Shown here piece by piece: positions 59,382 through 64,000 of a stretch of 64,000 nt of DNA. The DNA comes from Verrucomicrobiaceae bacterium. GTDB taxonomy: Bacteria > Verrucomicrobiota > Verrucomicrobiia > Verrucomicrobiales > V1-33. Numbering within the stretch: the first letter of the stretch is position 1; each line of letters opens with the position of its first letter. The stretch covers positions 7,710 to 71,709 of the forward strand of contig JAIXVE010000058.1 of the NCBI GenBank assembly GCA_027483175.1. Reading direction: 5' to 3'. The position numbers and the translations under genes are program-made. Under the pieces are notes generated by a model. That model saw only the letters and a program-made list of their open reading frames with translations, did not search any database and had not been told where the DNA came from.

Positions 59382-60755
59382 ATGTCTGTGTGGCGGTGGT
59401 TTGGGTGGGTGGTTGGGTTGGTGGGGGTGATGATGTTGAGTGGGTGTGGGGTGGTGAGTGGGGAGCGGGCGGTGGATTTTGTGATGTTGAGGGACGGGCA
59501 TGTGCGTGCGGCGCTGCCTGGGGTGGTGCTGCTGGGGTTGAACTGCGGGTTGCTGGGGACCCTCCTGATTGCGCGGCGGCTGACGATGTTAGGGGACACC
59601 CTGTCGCATGCGGTGCTGCCGGGGATAGCGGCGGGGTTTTTGTGGACGATGACGAAGCATCCGGCGGCGCTGCTGTGCGGGGCGCTGGTGACGGGGGTGT
59701 TGAGCAGTCTGGTGACGGGGTGGATCCTGGGGACGACGCGGTTGAAGGCGGATGCGGCGCAGAGCGTGGTGCTGACGGTGTTTTTTGCGGCGGGGATTGT
59801 GATGATCAAGCTGCTGCCGGATGGGACCAAGGCTGGGTTGGATCGGTTTCTGTATGGGCAGGCGGCGGCATTGGATGCTGGGGAGACGATGCTGCTGGCG
59901 GTGGCTGCGGCGTTGTCGGTGGTGGTGATCTGGTGGGGGTATCGCGGGTTTCTGGTGTTGTCGTTTGATCCAGGGTATGGTCGGGCGGCGGGGTTGCCGG
60001 TGAAGGGATTTCATCTGCTGCAGATGTTTCTGACGACCTTGGCGGTGGTGGTGTCGATGCAGGCGGTGGGGGTGATTCTGGTGGCTGGGCTGCTGGTGAT
60101 TCCCGGGGCGACGGCGTGGTTGTTTTCGGCGCGGTTGCATCGGGTGCTGGTGCTGGCGGCGCTGCTGGGGATGGCGGCTGCGGTGATGGGGACGTTTCTG
60201 TCGTTTGCGGGGGATGGGATGGCGATGGGGCCGACGCTGGTGTTGTGTGCGGGGGTGATGTTTGGCGGGGCGTTTCTGCTGAGTCCGCGGTATGGGATGG
60301 CGCGGCGGATGGTGTCGGTGCTGCGGCACGGGAGGCGGGTGAGGCGGGAGGATGGGTTGAAGGGTGTGTATCGTGTGCTGGAGGATCGGGGGTTCAGCGG
60401 GGCTGGGTTCAGGCTGGAGGAGAGCGGGTTGAGCGAGCGGATGGTGAGGTCGCTGGAGCGGCGGGGGATGGTGCGGTTTGTTAGTGGTGGCGGGTGGGAA
60501 CTGACGGAGAGAGGGTTTGGAGAAGCGGCGCGGGTGGTGAGGAATCACCGGTTGTGGGAGTTGTACCTAACGCGGCGGGCGGGGTTTGCGGAGGATCATG
60601 TGCATGATGCGGCGGAGGAGATGGAGCATCTGCTGGCGGAGGAGAACATTGCGCACCTGATGGGGGTGCTGGGGCATCCGGATCGGGATCCGCACGGGAG
60701 GCGGATACCGAGGGCGGGGGACACGATTGAAACGAGTGCGGCGCGCCATGAATGA
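59382..60755 (+). CDS. metal ABC transporter permease fused to a C-terminal DtxR/MntR-family repressor domain (YtgC-YtgR-like)
   Basis: About 457 aa from ATG 59382. The N-terminal ~300 aa form a ZnuB/TroC-type permease (LGDTLSHAVLPGIAAGF; LLVIPGATAWLF). The C-terminal ~140 aa are DtxR-like (RNHRLWELYL...HVHDAAEEMEHLL...LGHPDRDPHGRRIP). Confidence 0.85.
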   Translation: MSVWRWFGWVVGLVGVMMLSGCGVVSGERAVDFVMLRDGHVRAALPGVVLLGLNCGLLGTLLIARRLTMLGDTLSHAVLPGIAAGFLWTMTKHPAALLCGALVTGVLSSLVTGWILGTTRLKADAAQSVVLTVFFAAGIVMIKLLPDGTKAGLDRFLYGQAAALDAGETMLLAVAAALSVVVIWWGYRGFLVLSFDPGYGRAAGLPVKGFHLLQMFLTTLAVVVSMQAVGVILVAGLLVIPGATAWLFSARLHRVLVLAALLGMAAAVMGTFLSFAGDGMAMGPTLVLCAGVMFGGAFLLSPRYGMARRMVSVLRHGRRVRREDGLKGVYRVLEDRGFSGAGFRLEESGLSERMVRSLERRGMVRFVSGGGWELTERGFGEAARVVRNHRLWELYLTRRAGFAEDHVHDAAEEMEHLLAEENIAHLMGVLGHPDRDPHGRRIPRAGDTIETSAARHE

Positions 60756-61707
60756 GCTGATGACAGGATTTGGCGGGTTGATGGTGCCGCGGTTTGACGT
60801 GGAGGAAGTGCTGATTGCGCCGTGGACGAGGTATGCGGATGCGACGGTGTGGATGGTGCTGATGGCGGTGCTGCTGGGAGTGCCGTGTGCGCTGCTGGGG
60901 AATTATCTGATGTTGCGGCGGATGGCGCTCGCGGGAGATGCGATCAGTCACAGCGTGCTGCCCGGGCTGGTGATTTCCTATCTGATTTTCCGTGATCTGG
61001 GGACATTGCCGATGATGGGGGGAGCGATGGTGGCGGGACTGGTGACGACGGTGCTGATTGAGTTCATCACGGGGCGGAGCCGGTTGAAGACGGATGCGGC
61101 GATGGGGATCACGTACACGACCCTGTTTGCGCTAGGGATGTTTCTGGTGAACCGGTATGCGGGGCGGGTGCATCTGGATGCGGACTGCGTGCTGTTCGGG
61201 GAGCTGGAGTATGTGCCGCTGGCGGAGCCGTCGGGGTTGCGGGTGGGGCGTCTTGGTGCGGTGCCGATGCCGGTGGTGATTGCGGGCGGGATGGCGGTGG
61301 GGACGGTGGGATTGCTGATGGTGTTTTCGAGGTGGCTGCTGGTGACGTCGTTTGATGGCGGGTTTGCGCGGTCGGTGGGGATCCGGGCTGGGGCGGTCCA
61401 TTATGGATTGATGGCGTTGTTGTCGGTGGTGGTGGTGACGGCGTTGGAGAGTGTGGGGTTGCTGGTGGCGGCGCTGCTGGTGCTGCCTGGGGCGACGGCG
61501 CAGTTTTTTGCGCGGCGGATGGGGCGACTGCATGGATTGGCGGTGGTGTTTGCGGTGACGGCGAGTGTGGCGGGGATTCACCTTGGGGCGTGGTTGAACT
61601 GTCCGTCGGCGGCGGCGATTGCGCTGGCGGGCGGGGCGCAGTTTGCGGTGGCGTGGGGGGTATCGGTGTGGCTGCGGGGGAGAGCGGTTGAGGGAGTGGC
61701 GGGATGA
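60748..61707 (+). CDS. metal ABC transporter permease (ZnuB/TroD/YtgD-like)
   Basis: The start is at ATG 60748, overlapping the upstream stop (ATGAATGA). Supporting segments are ALAGDAISHSVLPGLVISY and LLVLPGATAQFF. About eight or nine TM helices. Confidence 0.88.
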   Translation: MNELMTGFGGLMVPRFDVEEVLIAPWTRYADATVWMVLMAVLLGVPCALLGNYLMLRRMALAGDAISHSVLPGLVISYLIFRDLGTLPMMGGAMVAGLVTTVLIEFITGRSRLKTDAAMGITYTTLFALGMFLVNRYAGRVHLDADCVLFGELEYVPLAEPSGLRVGRLGAVPMPVVIAGGMAVGTVGLLMVFSRWLLVTSFDGGFARSVGIRAGAVHYGLMALLSVVVVTALESVGLLVAALLVLPGATAQFFARRMGRLHGLAVVFAVTASVAGIHLGAWLNCPSAAAIALAGGAQFAVAWGVSVWLRGRAVEGVAG

Positions 61708-61752
61708 GTTCCGGGTTGCAAACGGGGGAGGGTGCCGTGAGTGGGGCTGGCT

Positions 61753-62634
61753 ATGTCCGAAACACCGAAACTCAAGCTCGGGCTGCCGAGCGGCAGTCTG
61801 CAGGAACCGACGCTGGCTTTGCTGGAGCGAGCTGGTTACAGCATTACGGGGGCGGCGCGGAGTTACCGGCCGGCGGTTGATGATCCTGAGATTGAGATCC
61901 GGCTGCTGCGGGCGCAGGAGATTGGCCGGTATGTGGACCACGGGTTTCTGGATGCGGGGATTACGGGAAGGGACTGGGTGATTGAGAACGGGGCGGATGT
62001 GGAGTACATCTGCGAGCTGCCGTATTCCCGGGCGACGACGCGGCCGACGCGATGGGTGCTGGTGGTGCCGGAGGATTCGGAGATTCAGACCGTGCAGGAT
62101 CTGGAAGGGAAGCGGATTGCGACCGAGGCGGTGGGATTGACGAAGCACTATCTGGATAAAAAGGGTGTGAAAGCGGAGGTGGAGTTTTCGTGGGGCGCGA
62201 CGGAGGTGAAGGTGCCGGAATTGGTGGATGCGATTGTGGACATTACGGAGACCGGGTCGTCATTGCGGGCGAACAAGCTGAGGATTGTGGACACCCTGAT
62301 GGAGAGCTACCCGCAGTTGATTGCGAGTCGGAGGGCGGCGGCGGATCCTTGGAAGCGTGCGAAGATTGACCGGATTGCCTTGCTGGTGCAGGGGGCGCTG
62401 AATGCGCGTGGGAAGGTGGGATTGAAGATGAATCTGCCGAAGGCGAAGCTGGATGAATTGGTGACGAGCCTGCCGAGCCTGCGGCGGCCGACGATTGCGC
62501 ATCTGACGGATGCGGATTGGCTGAGCGTGGAGACGGTGATTGATGAGTCGGTGGTGCGGGAGATCATTCCGACGCTGAAGGCTTTGGGTGCGGAGGGAAT
62601 CATTGAGTATGCGCTGAACAAGCTGGTGCATTGA
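61753..62634 (+). CDS. hisG: ATP phosphoribosyltransferase (long form)
   Basis: Supporting segments are [48 protein letters not shown] and [14 protein letters not shown]-terminal regulatory domain is present. Confidence 0.9.
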   Translation: MSETPKLKLGLPSGSLQEPTLALLERAGYSITGAARSYRPAVDDPEIEIRLLRAQEIGRYVDHGFLDAGITGRDWVIENGADVEYICELPYSRATTRPTRWVLVVPEDSEIQTVQDLEGKRIATEAVGLTKHYLDKKGVKAEVEFSWGATEVKVPELVDAIVDITETGSSLRANKLRIVDTLMESYPQLIASRRAAADPWKRAKIDRIALLVQGALNARGKVGLKMNLPKAKLDELVTSLPSLRRPTIAHLTDADWLSVETVIDESVVREIIPTLKALGAEGIIEYALNKLVH

Positions 62635-62674
62635 GTCGGGGATTGAGGAGACGTTAGAACAGGAGACAGCGAGC

Positions 62675-63502
62675 ATGGCTGAAGCGATTCCCGGGCTGGC
62701 GGTGCATACGATCACGACGAAGCCGTGGCCGGTGGAGCGTTGCATTGACGAATATGCGGCGGCTGGGGTGAGTGGGATCACGCTGTGGCGGCGGGATTTC
62801 GAGCGATTGCCTGCGGCGGCGGTGGGGAGGCGGGTGAGGGAGGCTGGGTTGGAGTGCTGCGGGTTGGCTCGTGGGGGCTTTTTTCCGGCGGTGGAGGCAG
62901 CGGGGAGGAGAGCGGCGGTGGAGGACAACTTGCGGGCGATTGACGAGGCGGCGGCGTGTGGTGCGCCGGTGCTGGTGCTGGTGTGCGGGGCGGTGCCTGG
63001 TCAGCCGCTGGCGGAGAGCCGGAAGCAGATTGCGGAGGGGATTTCGGAGTGTGTGGGTCATGCGCGGGCGGCTGGGGTGAAGCTGGCGATTGAGCCATTG
63101 CATCCGATGTATGCGGGTGACCGGAGTGCGGTGGTGACGATGGGGCAGGCGAATGATCTGTGTGACGTGCTGGGATCGCCTGCGGAGGTGGGGATTGCGG
63201 TGGATGTGTATCACACGTGGTGGGATGCGGCGCTGGAGGTGGAGATTGCGCGTGCGGGAGAGGCGGGGCGGTTGTTTTCCTATCATGTGTGCGACTGGCG
63301 GCTGCCGACGGAGGATCTGCTGAATGACCGCGGGCTGATGGGGGAGGGGTGCATTGATCTGGCGGGGATTCGGGGGATGATGGAGCGGGCTGGGTTTACG
63401 GGGCCGAGCGAGGTGGAGATTTTTTCGGACCGGCGGTGGGCGCAGGTGCAGGAAGTGTGGCTAGAGGAAGTGGTGGCGGCGTGGGTGAGGCACTGCGGGT
63501 GA
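62675..63502 (+). CDS. sugar phosphate isomerase/epimerase (xylose-isomerase-like TIM barrel)
   Basis: 275 aa. LAIEPLHP, DVYHTWWD and the terminal EVEIFS pattern are typical of AP-endonuclease-2 / TIM-barrel family proteins. Confidence 0.75.
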   Translation: MAEAIPGLAVHTITTKPWPVERCIDEYAAAGVSGITLWRRDFERLPAAAVGRRVREAGLECCGLARGGFFPAVEAAGRRAAVEDNLRAIDEAAACGAPVLVLVCGAVPGQPLAESRKQIAEGISECVGHARAAGVKLAIEPLHPMYAGDRSAVVTMGQANDLCDVLGSPAEVGIAVDVYHTWWDAALEVEIARAGEAGRLFSYHVCDWRLPTEDLLNDRGLMGEGCIDLAGIRGMMERAGFTGPSEVEIFSDRRWAQVQEVWLEEVVAAWVRHCG

Positions 63503-63562
63503 GATGACGAAGATTTCTGCGGAGGGATCCGTTGACAAAAGCAAATAACAAATTCCAGCACT

Positions 63563-64000
63563 ATGCGAACAATCGGGATCATCATGAATGGCGTTACGGG
63601 TCGGATGGGGACGAACCAGCACCTTGTGCGGTCGGTGGCGGAGATTATCCGTCAGGGTGGGGTGAGGGTTGGTGGGGAGACGGTGATGCCGCGGGTGGTG
63701 CTGACGGGGCGGAGTGAGGAGAAGCTGCGGGCGTGTGCGGAGAAGGCGGGTGTGCCGGTGGAGATGAGCACGGATCTGGCGTCCGTGCTGGCGCGGCCGG
63801 ACATGGAGGTGTTTTTCGATGCGAGCGGGACCTTGTACCGCGGGCAGTTTGTGGATGCGGCGGCGGCGGCGGGGAAGGCGATTTACTGTGAGAAGCCGAC
63901 GGCGACGAATCTGGAGGAAGCGCTGCGGCTGGCGCGGGTGGCGGAGAGTGCGGGGGTGAAGAACGGGGTGGTGGCGGACAAGCTGTGGCTCCCGGGGATC
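63563..64000 (+). CDS. Gfo/Idh/MocA-family oxidoreductase, N-terminal part running off the right edge
   Basis: Hand translation from ATG 63563 gives MRTIGIIMNGVTGRMGTNQHLVRSVAEIIRQGG...VFFDASGTLYRGQFVDAAAAAGKAIYCEKP. This is a Rossmann G.(I/M)G.G..G plus the EKP motif. It is absent from the ORF track because it is open-ended. Confidence 0.75.
   Translation, partial: MRTIGIIMNGVTGRMGTNQHLVRSVAEIIRQGGVRVGGETVMPRVVLTGRSEEKLRACAEKAGVPVEMSTDLASVLARPDMEVFFDASGTLYRGQFVDAAAAAGKAIYCEKPTATNLEEALRLARVAESAGVKNGVVADKLWLPGI

Noticed and set aside
1-64000. Search by eye for tRNA, rRNA, tmRNA, transposase, integrase or phage genes and for riboswitch-like leaders.
   Set aside because: Nothing convincing was seen in any intergenic region. 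A covariance-model scan (tRNAscan-SE or Infernal) would be needed to exclude small RNAs, especially within the structured repeat blocks.

Overview
This is a 64-kb, high-GC chromosomal segment. Gene content points to a Verrucomicrobiota-like member of the PVC group: a PSCyt/DUF1549/DUF1553 + DUF1501 pair, a DUF1592-type protein, DUF1080, and an ABC permease fused to a DtxR-like repressor as in chlamydial YtgC-YtgR. This taxonomic call is inference.

Core content:
- Minus strand: a dcw cell-wall and division cluster (rsmH, ftsL-like, ftsI, murE, murF, mraY, murD, a LysM gene, the ftsW start) with no mraZ.
- Plus strand: bamD-like and lptE-like genes, then an accessory patch at about 12.5-17.7 kb carrying a SUKH-like ORF, a NADAR gene and small membrane proteins and lipoproteins.
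- Plus strand: an SGNH/TPR protein followed by a DUF5989 / carbamoyltransferase / SxtJ triad (SxtK/I/J-like).
- Minus strand: tatC, argH, sufU, sufS, pheS, rplT, rpmI, a zinc-ribbon membrane protein and a GHL10-type hydrolase.
- Plus strand: recO, a DUF1592-type protein, an MBL hydrolase, a YWTD propeller, ispB (minus), a Lon-N protein, an M14 peptidase, DUF1080, fabF, two tandem purple-acid-phosphatase-like paralogs, a TPR protein and a lactonase.
- A split Mn/Zn/Fe-type ABC transporter operon, hisG, a sugar-phosphate isomerase and a partial Gfo/Idh/MocA oxidoreductase.

No rRNA, tRNA, CRISPR array, transposase or integrase was recognised.

The most unusual signals are non-coding:
1. Nine cytosine-free tandem heptamer arrays (GTGAGAA, GATTTGA, AATAGTA). 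Each unit carries a stop triplet. Most arrays sit on or just after the stop codons of plus-strand genes, so they give stops in all three frames.
2. A mosaic family of GC-rich hairpin-forming intergenic repeats with compensatory stem changes.
3. A very strong G>C asymmetry on the given strand, independent of gene orientation. It produces two strand-specific codon dialects and is missing from the 12.6-14.2 kb and 16-17 kb patches.

All calls come from reading the sequence and the ORF track by eye. No searches were run.
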